A DNA stretch of 64,000 nt from contig OZ038378.1 in the NCBI GenBank assembly GCA_964036045.1, forward strand, positions 130,448,001 to 130,512,000. Direction: 5' to 3'. Positions 32,607 through 46,061 of this stretch are shown here, piece by piece. The position numbers and the translations under genes are program-made. Source of the DNA: Eutreptiella sp. 'Long Island Sound 2002'. Its lineage: Eukaryota; Protista; Euglenida. The stretch's first letter is position 1, and every line of letters starts with the position of its first letter. The notes under the pieces were generated by a model. The model was not told the DNA's origin. It was given only the letters and a program-made list of their open reading frames with translations, and searched no databases.

Positions 32607-33994
32607 TGTGTGTGTGTCTGTGCGGTGTGTGTGTGTGTGTACATTGCTGCACTGTATGTGTGTGTGGGTTCCGGAGGGGCAGGTATAGGGAAATGTGTGT
32701 GGGTGTGGGGACTCCGGTACATGCATAGGTGGTGTTGGTGTGGCTCTTCTGCCAGTGTCCTGCAAAAATGGTGCGAGATTCGTACGAAGTTGGCACGAAA
32801 TTCGTACGAAATTCGTGCGAATTTCGTACGAATTTCGTCCCTCAATACGTACCGTGAATGTGGTTGTTACGAATTTCGTACGAATTTCGTACGAAATTCG
32901 TACGAAGTTCAAACAATTTGCATGAATTTGTGTCATTTTTGTGTGTGTGTGGGTGTGCTTGGTCGGAGGGGTTGTTGTTTGTGTGGGCGTGGGTGCATGG
33001 TGTGTGCGTGCCTGGGTGATATGTGCATGCATTGGTGGTTCTTGGGTTCTTGGGTGGTTTTGTTGAATCATGTGGGACAATACTTTTGTGTTGTTTGTAG
33101 TTTGTGACTGTCTGTCGTTTGTGTTTGTTGCTGCTGAATGTCATTATGTGTGTTTAATGCCTGCTTTTCGACTGCGTTGGTATCGCTGTTTTGCTTGCTG
33201 CTTGTTGTGCTTCGTCTGTCTGCTGCTCCTCACTGGTGACTGTTGCTGATGACCTGACTGTGTTGTTCTTCTGTGTTGTTGTTGTGTTGCTGTGCTGTGT
33301 GCTATGAGTGGGTGTGGATGGTTGGATGGGTGGCTGCCTGTTGTTGAATCATGTGGGACAATACTTTTGTGCTGTTTGTAGTTTGTGACCGTCTGTCGTT
33401 TGTGTTTGTTGCTGCTGATTGTCATGATGTGTGTGTAATGCCTGCTTTTCGGCTGTGTTGGTACCGTTGTTTTGCTTGCTGCTTGTTGTGCTTCGTCTGT
33501 CTGCTGCTCCTCATTGGTGACTGTTGCCGATGACCTGACTGTGTTGTTCTTCTGTGTTGTTGTTGTGTTGCTGTGCTGTGTGATATGGGGTGACTGTGTT
33601 GTTCTTCTGTGTTGTTGTTGTGTTGCTGTGCTGTGTGCTATGGGCTGAGTGTGTTTGTTCTGCATAAAAATGATACAAATTCATGTAAATTGGTCGAAAT
33701 TCGTACGAAATTCGTGCGAAATTCGTGCCAATTTCGTACGAAATTCGTAACAACCACATTCACGGTACACTTTGGGGACGAATTTCGTACGAAATTCGCA
33801 CGAAATTCGTACGAAATTCGCACGAATTTCGTACGAATTTCGCACGAATCTCGTACGAATTTCGTGCGAAATTCGTGCGAATTTCGTACCATTTTTGCAG
33901 GACACTGGCAGAAGAGCCACACCAACACCACCTATGCAATAACGAAGTCCCCACACCCACACACATTTCCCTGTACCTGCCCCCCCCCCCCCGG

Positions 33995-34028
<34 letters not shown>

Positions 34029-34050
34029 CACAGACACACACACACACCCA
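32560..34050. repeat. Internal long inverted repeat (~32560-32945 vs ~33660-34050) whose spacer holds a ~290-bp direct duplication
   Basis: ggtgttggtgtggctcttctgccagtgtcctgcaaaaatgg is the reverse complement of ccatttttgcaggacactggcagaagagccacaccaacacc. gttgaatcatgtgggacaatacttttgtg occurs at ~33062 and ~33343. Confidence 0.9.
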
Positions 34051-34359
34051 TGCACAAACACACACATACCCTCAATGAAAGCAAACAGCCCCCCATGCAC
34101 TCGACCCACACCCACACACTGCCCGCTCACACACCCTCATACGTACCTGGACAGTGGATGTGCCACGGTTAGATGTTTAGGGGAGGGGGGTTCTGTGTTT
34201 GTGTGTGTATGTGTGTCTGCCTCTGTGTGTGGATGGGTTTCTGCGGATGTGTGTGTGTGTGTGGGTGGGTGGGTCGTTGTGTCCATGTGTAGTTGGGTGT
34301 CCGGTTGTGTGTGTTTGTGTGTATGCGCGTGTTGGTGTGAGGTGCAGGAAGGGTGTGTC

Positions 34360-34401
<42 letters not shown>

Positions 34402-35037
34402 GCTTGTGCGTATATCTGGTTTGGTGCTCCTCACATCCTCACCCGCCCAACACACACAGGCGCACGCCCACACCCATAACCAAAAAGACAGTCATACACC
34501 CCCCCCACACACAGAGACACACACACACCCATGCACAAACACACACATACCCTCAATGAATGCAAACAGCCCCCCACTCGACCCAAACCCACACACTGCC
34601 CGCCCACACACCCTCATACGTACCTGAACAGTGGATGTGTCACGGTTAAATGTTTAGGGGGGTGATTCTGTGTGTGTGTGTATGCGTATGGTTTGTGCGG
34701 ATGCGTGTATGTGGGTCGGTGTGTCCATGTGTAGTTGGGTGTGTGGTTGTGTGTGTTTGTGTGTGCGCGCGTGTTGGTGTGAGGTGCGGGAAGGGTGTGC
34801 GTGTGTGTGTGTAAGGCTTGTGTGTATATGTGCATGGTTTGGTGCTCCTCACATCCTCACAGACAGTCGTACATGTACCCCCCCCCCCCCACACACACAC
34901 CCACATGCCATTAGTGGAATCAAACCGCCCTGCCACCCCACCCACACCCACACACTGCCCAGCCACACATACGCACACACACCTGCATAGTGGATGTGTC
35001 GTGGTTAGGTGTGTGGGGCGGGATCATTGTGGGTGTG

Positions 35038-35068
<31 letters not shown>

Positions 35069-35360
35069 TGATTGGTTTGTGCGCGTGGGTGCGCGTTTGT
35101 GTGTGGGTGTGTATCCATGGGGCCGTGGTTGTGTGTGTGGGTGTGTCGGTGTTGGTGTGAGGTTTGGGACGGGCTTGTGTGCGTATGTGGTCGGGTGGCC
35201 CCCACATCCTCACACACACCAACACACAGACGCACGCCCGCACGTAGAAACAAAGAGGAAGTCCCACATCCACCCACATGCAAACCCAACCATACAACCA
35301 TACACAAACCCATACAAACCCACACACCCCACACAAAGGCACACCCACACACATGTGCAC
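34000..35360. repeat. Alternating CA-rich/TG-rich modules, about three diverged copies (~360-480 bp period)
   Basis: acagtggatgtg/atagtggatgtg junction at ~34151, ~34629 and ~34988, with shared flanks. Confidence 0.75.
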
Positions 35361-36689
35361 ATGTTGCCTGTAGCCAGGGTGCCTGCAGGGGTGTTTGGGG
35401 GGGAGGTACCCCGGGTGTTAGGACAAATGAGGGGGTGCACAAGGGTGAAATTGGTATGAATTCACGTGAATTCACGTGAAATTCGTACGAAATTCGTACG
35501 AAATTCGTGCGAATTCGTGCGAATTTCGTACGAATTCTCGTGAATTCACGGCCGTGAATCGGCTACAGGCTTGCCGGGTTTCGGCACCTCTCGTTTTGGG
35601 CACGGTTCGGACATGATGGATGCTTTTGGGGCGGGACCTTCATTGGATGATGCGTAACGAAGCTAGGGGAGGAATTTTGGCCCCTCAAATCCCTCGGAAT
35701 GAACCAATAATATGGCATTTTCCCCCAAAAACCTCAAAATTTGGGTAAATTCACGTGAAATTCACGCAATTATTCAAACGGCCACTTAACGGCCGTTCAC
35801 GAAGGGTACATTAGCGTTACAGCCACCAGTGGCCTTGAGGGAGAACCTGGGAGGTTCACTCTGCTTTATGCACACAGTGCCATGGACTGTTCAAGTCATG
35901 GATGTCAGATGTTAGAGCAGCTTCGCCGGGCGGGTGCCTGGTGGCTTTTTGCCCCAAGATGGCGTGTCATCAGGCACCTTTTGCCCATAGAGGCTCCTGC
36001 CATCGACCGAACCGCTTTGACACCCATGACTCGACTTAAAGCCTCCAGTGGTCATGTGCGAGACACAAAGAGGTTGCACTCTGCTTCCTTGTTTTCCTTA
36101 CTCAGGACATGTCAAGACGTGCATGTCTGGTGGCAGTGCACAGCAGTGCATGCTACCACAGATTGCACTGTATGTCTGACCTGTGGCACACATGTTTGCG
36201 GATGCTAATGTAGGTGTGCACAACAGATGCGCTGTGAGTGCATAGGCCATGCTGCACACAGGTATGTCACCGTGACCTTGTGTTCAGCCAGACTGGCTGA
36301 TGGTTTTGGATGGCAGTACGGTCTTTGGGGCACATCGCTGTGAGCATCCTCAGAGGACACAGAGAACTGAGGGGACCTGAGGCTTGTCGGTGCTCACTAT
36401 TGGAGAGTGTTGATGTCGCCCTTCCCGTGTTGAATGTTAGCTACCTGCATTGTGTTCATAGCAATACACTGAACTGATTTGGTTTAATGATGTGAGAGGC
36501 CTAGGCCCAACCAAAGGAGGTTGGGCTTGGCAAGGTGCCTAGGTCCCAATCCCCAGCATGTGCTGTTGGGGTTACTGCTGGCGCAAGAAATAGGCTAACA
36601 GGAAGCAAGAGTAGAGGCAGAGGTAGAGGCACGGTTGCTCTACAACAGGGGTCTAAGGTACGCGAACAGTGTACCACTTGGTGGATTCA

Positions 36690-36920
36690 TTTCGCTAAAA
36701 CGGCCTCGAAATAGGCTCAAAATGCGCGCAATTATCGTGTTTGAGCACCCACAGTGGTCAACTATCATTTTTTCGGAAAACTTGTTTTTTTTGCCATTAT
36801 GCACACATTTTTTATTAGAGGATGGCCCATTTTCAAGATCTTTTGGGACCGTAAAGGGTCCAAAATGGCTCACAACAGGCTCAAATGGGCTCATTTCACT
36901 TGATTGCGAACCTACTATAT
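36690..36920 (+). repeat. Fragment of the ~162-bp-unit dispersed repeat
   Basis: gtgtttgagcaccc..ggcccattttcaagatcttttggg..ggctcaaatgggctc matches the unit. Confidence 0.7.
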
Positions 36921-38779
36921 ACTAACAAGTCAGAGGTATGAGGTTGTCATGTAGACAACCACGGGCACATGGTGGTCTTTCTTTTGTTTGCATGTCTGCG
37001 TCACCTTTCTTTTTTTTTTGTGGGTCATGTGTGCTGTTAATTCTCAACCCCAATGCTGCATGCCTTGCAACTATCTTATGGAACCAACACAAGGAGCAAG
37101 AAGAGGTTTCTCAAAGCCCAATCACACCGCCCTCCGTCCCTAATCCCGGGCTAGCCCCCCCGAAGCCTACGCCTCCCCCGTCCGCACCATCAACACCATC
37201 CTCTTTGGACGCCCCCCCCCCCCCTCTATTCTTCCACGTGCCCAAGGCAACCCCAACCTACCACAATCCCCTACCCCCCCGAGGGAGCCTACAAGATTGC
37301 CTTACCATCTCCATTCCCCCCTCCAACCCCGAAGCCTATGCCCAAAGACAACCCCATCCCCCAAACCCACGGTGTGTGGCCCCAACAGCGCAAAGACTAG
37401 GCAGCTGGTTAGGGTCAAGCATGGCCAGGGGACTGATTATTTTTGTCGAGGCAACTTTTGTGCGGCGAAGCATGTACACCTTTGCCTTGATGAAACCTGA
37501 CAGGTTTCCCGTGTTATTGTGGCAGCAAGAGCTCCTTGTTATACACTCCCATTTCCTCCCCAAAGATGTCAAATACGCAGTAGCCATACTAGACATCGTT
37601 CATAGTCTCCCGACATGTCGCCAGGAACACAAACATCATGCCGTCCTCACCGCCCGCCAACCCCTCCCCACACTAGCAGAAGGGCAACCCACCCCATCGA
37701 ACAGGCATCACCGCCTCTCCCTGCTCACCCAATTTGCTCCGCGTCGGAAGAGTGCCGGCTTCATCCTCCCACCCCATTGCCCTCTCTCCTCCTCTCTCCA
37801 ATTTGGCTCTTTGGTGCCCCCAGCAATGCTCAGGTGCACAAGTCTACCGGGGCTACCCTAGTTTGGCTCTTTGTTGCCCACAGCATTGCGCGGCGTCACC
37901 ATCCCCCCGGGGTTACCTCATTTGGACTCCTTGCTACCCCATTCCACCAACCTTCGGGGGCCCATCGCATGCGAGCAAAAAAGCAAAGTCACCTATTGCT
38001 ACATTTGCTCCCTCATACTAATAGGACCCAATGTGCCACCGTAGGTTTATTGTCAACAACCACACTGTGTGGGTGAACGGGGAGGTCTCAAAGCTTGCCG
38101 CTTTTGCCTGCATCTGTCCCACCCCAACACGCCAATTCGTGGTGTGCGGCGTCGTCTTGAGCCTCCCACTAACTCGCCCTTTGGCTAGGAAGGAGTTGGA
38201 CACGCTGCCCCGGCCACCTTGTAGTGCACTTGCTGTTGTGCATCGCTCAATAGGCCCTTTACCTGCCACCAGGACAGGTCCCGTGGCCCAAACAAAAGCT
38301 CCCTAGGTCGGCCCACTATGTCTACAGCATGAGCACGTTGTCACCACAGGAGTGCAGCAACCCCTAGATCGTCTCCAAACTGCGGCACGTTGGTCCATGG
38401 TGGCTTCGCAGCAAGAAAAGGACCTCCATCTTGTTTCGGTGGACTACTCCTTGAGCCACACTGAAGTGCTGCCACAATTGTGCCACTTGCTGGTGCAAAA
38501 TTGTGGCATACTAGCCGCACAATAGCGCCAACAACCCTCAGCATCCAATGCCACTCTCGCCCTGGGCATGTATGGAGACGGCTACTCAGCGGTGGTGCCC
38601 CACGGGACGGGCGCTCAAAAGGGAGGTGCCCTCACATATCTTCATTAGCGGGCAAAAAGACCCGTTTGTAGCCGTAAATGCCCCCCTGAGCCCATCCAAA
38701 ACGTCCAAACCAAGGAGAATGGTTGTTGCATTGCATGTGCGGCTTAAACGCTGTCTGATAAACAGCCCTTTGTTGCCCA

Positions 38780-39470
38780 CTAACCCCAGTATATATTCAA
38801 CAAACGGCAAAAAATGCTACAATTACTACATCTTGCTCCCCTTAAATCTAATTAACATCCAGCAAGCAACCAACAAGCATATCATCATTCCGCTTTGGCC
38901 ACCACTCCGTCCAAAGGATTCGGATAGCTTACTAACCTAGCAATCCTATAGCCGAGGTAGTGGCCTTGCCGAATCGAAGATAAGAGGCCCACACCCACCG
39001 TTGGTGGCCCATGGCGGAGATGCCAAGTCGGGTGCCAACCCAAAACTTGCGCCATGTGCAGCAAAAAATAACCCTTTTTCTTTTCGGCCAAAAATGCCTC
39101 CAGGACCCATTCAAAAAGGCGCAACGGAGTGAATCGGTTGCTCCAATATAAGTGCGGCTTGACTTCCTCGTGACAAAGAGCCCTTTATTGCCCTTTCACT
39201 CCATGATGTACCTCACTACTGGTGGCCCTGGGCAGTGGCGCCATGTTGGGACGTACCCTTTTAGGCTTGCACCAATTAAGGTAAAACAAAAGCCATTTTT
39301 TCCCCAACCCTAGGACCCATTAAGCACAGCCAAATGGGGAGAAAATATTGGTAGGCTACATGTGCGGCTGGCCTTCATGGTGAGTCCTTTGTTGCCCTCT
39401 AAGTGCACAATATGCCCGAGAAACGGCCCAAAAGTGGCTAAAAAAGAAACGGAATGTGCGGGGGCCGCAA
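38780..39470 (-). repeat. Diverged inverted copy of the tail of the same dispersed repeat
   Basis: attactacatcttgctccccttaaatcta and gtcctttgttgccctct..cccgagaaacggcccaaaagtggct are reverse complements of segments in 44280-44560. Confidence 0.7.
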
Positions 39471-42239
39471 CTTGAGGTCGAACACAAAGTATAGAAGATG
39501 CAAAATGTCAAGAAAATGCGAGGTATATGGCTTGGAAATTTGGAGAGTATTGAGCACTAATGCTCGGCAAATGGGAGTCGTATCGCAAGGTACATTTGAC
39601 AAAACGGTAGCAAAATTTCCTCCAAGCTACCCGGGGACGGTTGGCTAGAAGGTCCATGGAACGTTCCTGGCGATATCAGTTCCGCTTTGAGGCCAGTTTG
39701 GCTGCGAAAAATTCCGAGGAGTTTTCGGGGCGATTTTCAAAACTTGCACGTATTTTCTCTTCGAAGACTTCCAGCGACATTGCTTGCGTTTCGGGGCCCA
39801 ATTTTGGTGCCTAACCTTCCGATCATTTTTCCAAGCAAGTTTGTAAACTTCCTAGCATCTTCCCAAAAATGTCTAGTGCATTCAACGATGGCAATGTTGC
39901 CACCCGGATATGTCACTTCACTAAAGACACATCCAAAACATAAAACAAAGGGGCCATGCCAATGCATAAAAAATTAGAGATCCGTGTTTGGGGAGGCAGT
40001 GGGGAAGTGGAATCGTTCAACATCTACATTATGGGCCTGCAACAGGAGTAGTAGCAACAACAATACAAGTAGTAGTAGTAGTAGTCACAATGGGACTAAT
40101 AGTAACCCTGCTTATGGTGGTTCGGATGATGATGATGAGGAGGAGGAGTACCTGTCTGGCGGCTTGAAAATAAGTGCCGGAGTCTTAGATTCCTCCTCAT
40201 CTCATGGCAGTCCAAACCTCAACCCCAACCCAAGAAGTATCGCCCGGTGGCTGTTCGAAGCAACCGGGAAGGGGTGGTGCATGTTGACGCCATGTAAAGT
40301 GATGGTTGGCCTAGAAGATGCCGAGCGAAGTGGAGTAACACCTTCACAGCTCATGTTAAGAACCATGGTCCATTGGCTTCTTTGCACAATGTCACTTCTT
40401 CGCTCGGATACCACTTGAGTTCAAGAGGGTATGTCGCCAGTATGTGCTTTAGAAACGTATAATGGATGCCGGGTTGTTCATGGCATGTGGAGTCGGTTTC
40501 TAGATGCATAAAGAAGTTCCTTTTGATTGCAAGTATGACAAATGATGTGGAAAGCATTGGAACATTTCATGGCACATTGCATTGGCGGCCACCATACACG
40601 TCTCTAAAACAATGGTGCAATGCACAGGAGGTCCACATTATTGCATATGGCAGCTTCTTCTTCTTCGCTGGAGCCTTTTGATACCGTTCATGATTTAAAT
40701 CTTCGCGGATGCTAGAGTCGCGCCTACCGTTGATCACGGAGTCATATCTTTTTGCCTGCTTGGGCTCCCATTCCCTTGCCTTTTTGGAGTACACCATGGG
40801 AGTACGGAGGTTGAACCATGTCTGGAACGACCCATGCATAGATCACCCATGCATATATAGAGTTGCCGTGCAACTCTCTTCTGCAAATTCGGGGATGATC
40901 CCCATAACATATGTGTACAGCAACCCCAAAACTTGCCATGCAGCGGTTGGCAAGTCATTGCAGCCGTGAAAAAGGTGCTTCACAAGGCAAAACGCTAGAA
41001 CTAAGGAATGGAAGGGCAATGGGGGAACCACACCCCCTGCCGATCTACCTATGGTTGTGCGGGCTTCATGCCCTGTTATGGAAATCTTAGATTGGAATCA
41101 GCCATGTAGAAGGCACATGTCCTCTCGGTTGTTGCGAGGTAGCGACGTAGGATCATACCTCCTAGCCGCATGAGATATCACTTGTAGCAACTCGTGCCTA
41201 CACAGCCGTGGTACAATACGTCGAATGACACCAAAGAGCCGACGGGCTCCTCTTTTGGTGTTGTGCAAGACTTACTATTAAATATAAACATCTTCGGGGG
41301 TAGAGGAGCCCCGGATCTAGTGGCAACACAGCACTAGATGCAAACGACCCCCGCCCCCCTTGTGCTAAAATATCTTTGCAATGCCATTCTTATTCATCCA
41401 TGAGCAGGCAAAACATCCCTTTTGTCAACATTCGGACCATAGGTGGTGGCCATCAGTTCTCAAGCAAGCAACCTTTACACGGAGTATCGTGGTGCACTCC
41501 GTACCACCGCTCTTGATATGGTTCATAATTGTATAGGAGGGCATGGCTTGTAGGGCCTCCGCTCGCTTGGGTACCCACTGCCCATCAATAACTTTGGGCA
41601 GCTCCATCCAGGTTATCATATTTGCGTATTTGGGCACAAAATCAAACAAAGGGAACCCCAGCAAATCATATCAATCTTAGTGTTTATGCTTAGACCGCAC
41701 GTGCGCTACCCATCTGCCAAGAACAAGTAAAGGCGGGCACAACTTTCCAACCATAGAGGCCCACTGGTGTCTCAAAATTAATCCATTAAGGTGTGTACAT
41801 TTGGAAAATCTGCGTGTAATCTTACTACTCCACAATATGATGAAGCAATGCAGGGATGAACGGGTTGCCTTACTAGGAGTTGACATGACAAATGAACCGA
41901 AGAATGTGACACAAAAACAGGAGGGCAAAAGATCCGTATCTTTAGTTGTCCACCTTGTGGGACCGTTATTCTCGCATTTTCGAACTCGGCACAGCAGAAT
42001 ACATTATGGTACCGCGTATGGTCTTTCCGTGTATTGATGATGGGTTTCATCTACGGTTCATTCTATGCCAAAACCGCACCTGTGTGTTTTGTATACAGGG
42101 CCCGAAAATCTAGAAGCGTCCGATTTCGGCCACGAATTCCGCAAAAAAACCCACCACCACACCATAGTTTTTCGAAAACCCCTTTTCTTGGACGTTTGAA
42201 AAATATGTCCATACTCCTACCTGTGGAACACCATATTCC

Positions 42240-42271
42240 CACACACACACAAACACACACACACACACACA

Positions 42272-42311
<40 letters not shown>

Positions 42312-42350
42312 CACACATACACACACACACACACACACATACATACACAT
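42240..42350 (+). repeat. Compound (CA)n(CT)n(CA)n microsatellite
   Basis: Direct inspection. Confidence 0.9.
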
Positions 42351-42356
42351 ATGGCC

Positions 42357-42958
42357 TCATATGCAATGTATCCACCGAGGTGTAGGAGTAGAGGTTGGGC
42401 TTAGGGACGCAAGCAAGCCCCCTCTAATTTGATGGCAGGAAACACCAAACAACATGGTTATGTAGTGAATTTAATAATTTTTGGTTGGTATTTGCCCCTC
42501 CAAGGGCTCGCTTTGGCTATGAATAGGGTATGACATCACTGTTTGGAGGCTCCTAGCAACATCATACAGAAAGCCCCTTTTCCCCGAAAAAAGAGCCACT
42601 CCAAACCCTAAACCAACCCCAACATGGAATCATGTAATATGGCATTGTTTTCTACCTTCTCCTTCACTATTTTGTTGAGAAATGTGGTAATCCCGATATA
42701 ATCAGCCGTGTTTATACGATTTGCCACCGATATGGGGTATTTTTGATAATCTCGATGGGGTCCAAAAACAGCGATACCATACCCTATTTATGTCCATAGT
42801 GAGCCCTTTGTAGGGGCAAATACCCACCCAAAATGATCCCATTCACTTCCAAAGCAGTTTTTTTTTGTTTTTTGTCATCATATTGGGGGCGGGGGTATTT
42901 ACTTGCCTCCCTAACGCCACCCGGTACCCCTACACCCAAGTAGGTATATTGCATATGA
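42357..42958. mobile_element. ~600-bp MITE-like element with long imperfect TIRs, lying between CA tracts
   Basis: tcatatgcaat..ggtgtagg..ttagggacgcaag / cttgcctccctaa..cctacacc..attgcatatga. The inner IR ggtatttgcccct..aatagggtatg / cataccctattt..aggggcaaatacc. Confidence 0.7.
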
Positions 42959-42961
42959 TTT

Positions 42962-43030
<69 letters not shown>

Positions 43031-43052
43031 CACGCACACACACACACACACA
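42962..43052 (+). repeat. (CA)n microsatellite
   Basis: Direct inspection. Confidence 0.97.
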
Positions 43053-43169
43053 CATCCTCTAATCTACACCGCTCTCCCCACGTCTGGGTGGCTCAAGAAT
43101 ATGGCTCTAAGGTACGTCTGAAGGGTACAAGGTGCCTGCATGGGGCGGAAGGGCCTAAGCTGGGTCAAA

Positions 43170-44560
43170 ACGGACTCATAATGAGTTTATTTGACTTGTT
43201 TGAGCATCGGTGCTCGTCTACGATCACTTTATGAAAAACACGGTTTGACCCATTTTGGACCCCTTTTTGATCCCAAAACGGGCCATTTTTACGGCATTTT
43301 TGGATGTTCCATGGCCCAAAACCCGTCACCACGGGCTCAAAATGGGCTAAAAACACTTGTTTGAGCATCCCAAATGGTCGAGGATCACTTCTTGAAAAGC
43401 GCAGATTGACACATTTTTCGCCCACTCTTGGTCCCACAACGGCCCATTTTCAAGGCATGTTGGGAGTATTGATGGCCCAAAACGCGTCACAACCGGCCCG
43501 AAATGGGCTAAAAACACTTGAATGAGCATCCCAAGCCGTCCAGGATCACTTTGCGGAAAATGCGTTTGGCACGTAGTTTTGACCCATTTCTGGTCCCAAA
43601 ACGGCCCATTTTTAAGGCATTTTTGGGACTTTCCATGGGCCAAAAAACGTCACCAGAGGCTCAAAACGGGCTAATAACACATGTTTGAGCATCCTAAATG
43701 ATCTAGGATCAATTTTCGAAAAGCGCGCTTTCAACCCACTATTGACCCATTTTCGGTCCCACAATGGGACATTTTCAAGGCATTTTAGCATTTTCCGTAG
43801 CCCAAAAGCGCCACCACAGGCTCAAAACGGGCGAAAAACACTTGTTTGAGCATCCCATACGGTCCACAACCATTTTTAGAAAAATGCGCTTTTGACCCAT
43901 TTTTCACCCATTTTTGTTCCCAAAAAGCCCCATTATCAAGACATTTTTGGGATTTTCCATGTGCCAAAGCCCGCGCTCACAGCGGGCTAAAAACACTTGT
44001 TTGAGCATCCCAAGAGGTCTAGGAACAACTTTTGAAAAAATGATTTTCGCCCCGCAGACCCTAGTGCATCCACCGTGCGCGGTGTGGGTTGCCCTCCGGC
44101 TCCACATAGTCACCGGTGGTATAGACCCGGGTGTAGACGTCTGGTTGGGCAAATCTCAGGGTTGGAAACCACATAGAGTTGGGGGTTGCGGGTGGACTAG
44201 GTGCCCTTAGAATTTGGCCTTGAGCCATGCAGCCCAAGATACAGCCCGTTCTTCGTTTTGGGGTTTGTTGACACAAACTGCGCACATGGTAGGCCGCTTT
44301 CAGCCATTTTTGGGCCGCTTCTCGGACATATCGCGGATTCAGAGGGCAACAAAGGACAACGGTGGGTTTTTGGCTCAAAACTTGGATTTCCCAAGGCCAC
44401 CACCTAGGCTCTAGGGTGGCTAGAGTAGAGTAGAGCCCGGAGCGATGAGGAGAAGCAATAGCAAGACCCGAAGGAGGGGTGCTTCGTTGTTGCTTGCTTG
44501 TTGCTTGCTTGCTTGTTAGGTAGATTTAAGGGGAGAGGGGTGTAGTAATTTATATATGGG
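43170..44560 (+). repeat. Dispersed repeat with ~6 tandem units of 155-163 bp plus conserved tail (copy 2)
   Basis: tgagcatc recurs at ~43200, 43361, 43522, 43685, 43846 and 44001. The tail is homologous to 14720-15420. Confidence 0.85.
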
Positions 44561-46061
44561 GGTTTTACAGAGGGGGGGATTCCGACGCAAAATGAGCAAC
44601 ACTTTGGTTTTCGCCGTTTTTATCAAAAATATTTTTCCATAGGGCGGCGGGGGCGTATTGTCTACCTTTTCGAAATATCCAAGGAAAGGCCGTTTCAAAG
44701 ATGTATGGGTTTGGGGGGGGGGGGGTAGGAGACCATTTTTTTGAGTAATGGGGACGCATTTTTCGGCGTTGCGGGTGTTGCAGGGGTTTTTTGCACGTTT
44801 TTTGCACCGTTATGCCTTGCTTCCTCTCCCGAGAGAGTATCCCTTATTTTCCTTCATTTTAGTGATGGCCACCAATCCCCCTTCTTCAAGCAAATCCCCT
44901 TCTCCAAGGAAACAATCCCTCTCCACGACCCTAAGCCCCAGCCTGAAGACAAGGAGCCCCCGACCATGCGGAATGGTTGAGGCGAGCGGTTTGCGAAGGG
45001 CATTAGTGACGGGGAATGATGGAGGCCATAGATGCCGAGCAGCCTGAGCAAATGCTTGCAGAACTCCAAAGTGGCAAAAAACATATTGTGAATATTTTGA
45101 AGATGATTTGCGGCTCCGCCATACCATTCAAGCATTGATCAACGCCTACGTAGCGTTGTCCCGCCGTAGCCTGACATTGTGCACCCTTTTGTGGGACAGG
45201 GTGCAGGAAAGGCTGTTGTACACGATGAGAAGCCAAAAGTCGATATCTTTGGATCGGCTCCTCGTGGATAAAGTGGCGGACACTATGTGTCAATTTTTTA
45301 TGAAAGCAAACCAAGTGTGCCCCCCTTAGGGGGAAACGTCTCCCAATATGAAGAGTACATGTTCGAAACCTTACTGGGAACGGGAGTTGCAACTGCCACA
45401 GCTCAAACCATCACGGGCATCACAAACAGGTTCAAACGGGCCTCCGTCGGCATGTCAGGCGGGGTAAAATAGTGCAATTTGCCATGATTCTGCGCCATGT
45501 GCCTTGCCCAGAGGTATGCTTTGTGTATGAATAAACAGTATGTGGGTGAATGGACCACATTGCAAGTGGCACAAAATTAAAAACGAATAAAATCCTTTGA
45601 GTGGTGCATGATTTGGTCCAACGGGTAAAACAGGCGGGGTTTTTTCCAAAGTGGCCCCTTTTGGCGGCTTCGCCCTGACCTAATCCCCCACTGTTTCAAA
45701 TCAAGTCAAAACCTTGACTTTTGAATTTTCCGCATCCAAAATAGGGGGGGACCGTCTTTTCAATAATAATCCTACTGACAAGACGGAGAAGATCCAACAA
45801 CCGCCCAAAAATACGGACTTTGCGTCGTTTTGGCCAACACCCCACCCGTGCAACATGCCCATATATGTACTATAAATATGCTTCATGTGCCCCCCCCCCC
45901 CCCCCATGCCCTCCATCCCCTCCCCCCCTTCGGACCCCCTGGGCCGGGCCCAAAGGGCCCGCGTGGCGCCACAAGCCACCGATATGCCGGAATACAACAT
46001 ATGCCACCCCGCTTACCCGGGTTCCCACCCGTTTGCCCGTCGACCGTGGGAATCGTGGTGT

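Larger units (their letters stand above)
31341..35806. mobile_element. Non-autonomous TIR/foldback DNA element flanked by TA, filled with TTCGTACGAA-type repeats and CA/TG tracts
   Basis: Perfect IR tgtacccttcgtgaac (31337-31352) / gttcacgaagggtaca (35795-35810), extended by ggccgtt. Excision leaving one TA restores the LINE frame (PHL-YISVTAT..MDCSS). No transposase seen. Confidence 0.75.
17250..36630 (+). mobile_element. LINE-R: decayed non-LTR retrotransposon (ORF1, APE, RT, zf, RNase H) with nested PLE-2 and TIR element
   Basis: Collinear ORF1, APE, RT and RNase H fragments. Reading frames rejoin across both nested insertions. Hairpins and an agagtagaggcagaggtagaggca tail at ~36500-36630. 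The 5' end is uncertain. Confidence 0.8.

Noticed and set aside
32316-35479. Many Cys/Val- or His/Thr-rich ORFs
   Set aside because: Translations of (TG)n/(CA)n and TTCGTACGAA repeats.
36938-38550. 307-aa and neighbouring plus-strand ORFs
   Set aside because: Largely Pro-rich low complexity and starts within repeat sequence. No motif recognised, so no product is called.
44741-45472. Short plus-strand ORFs that might be host exons
   Set aside because: No recognisable domain or supportable splice structure; embedded between dispersed repeats.
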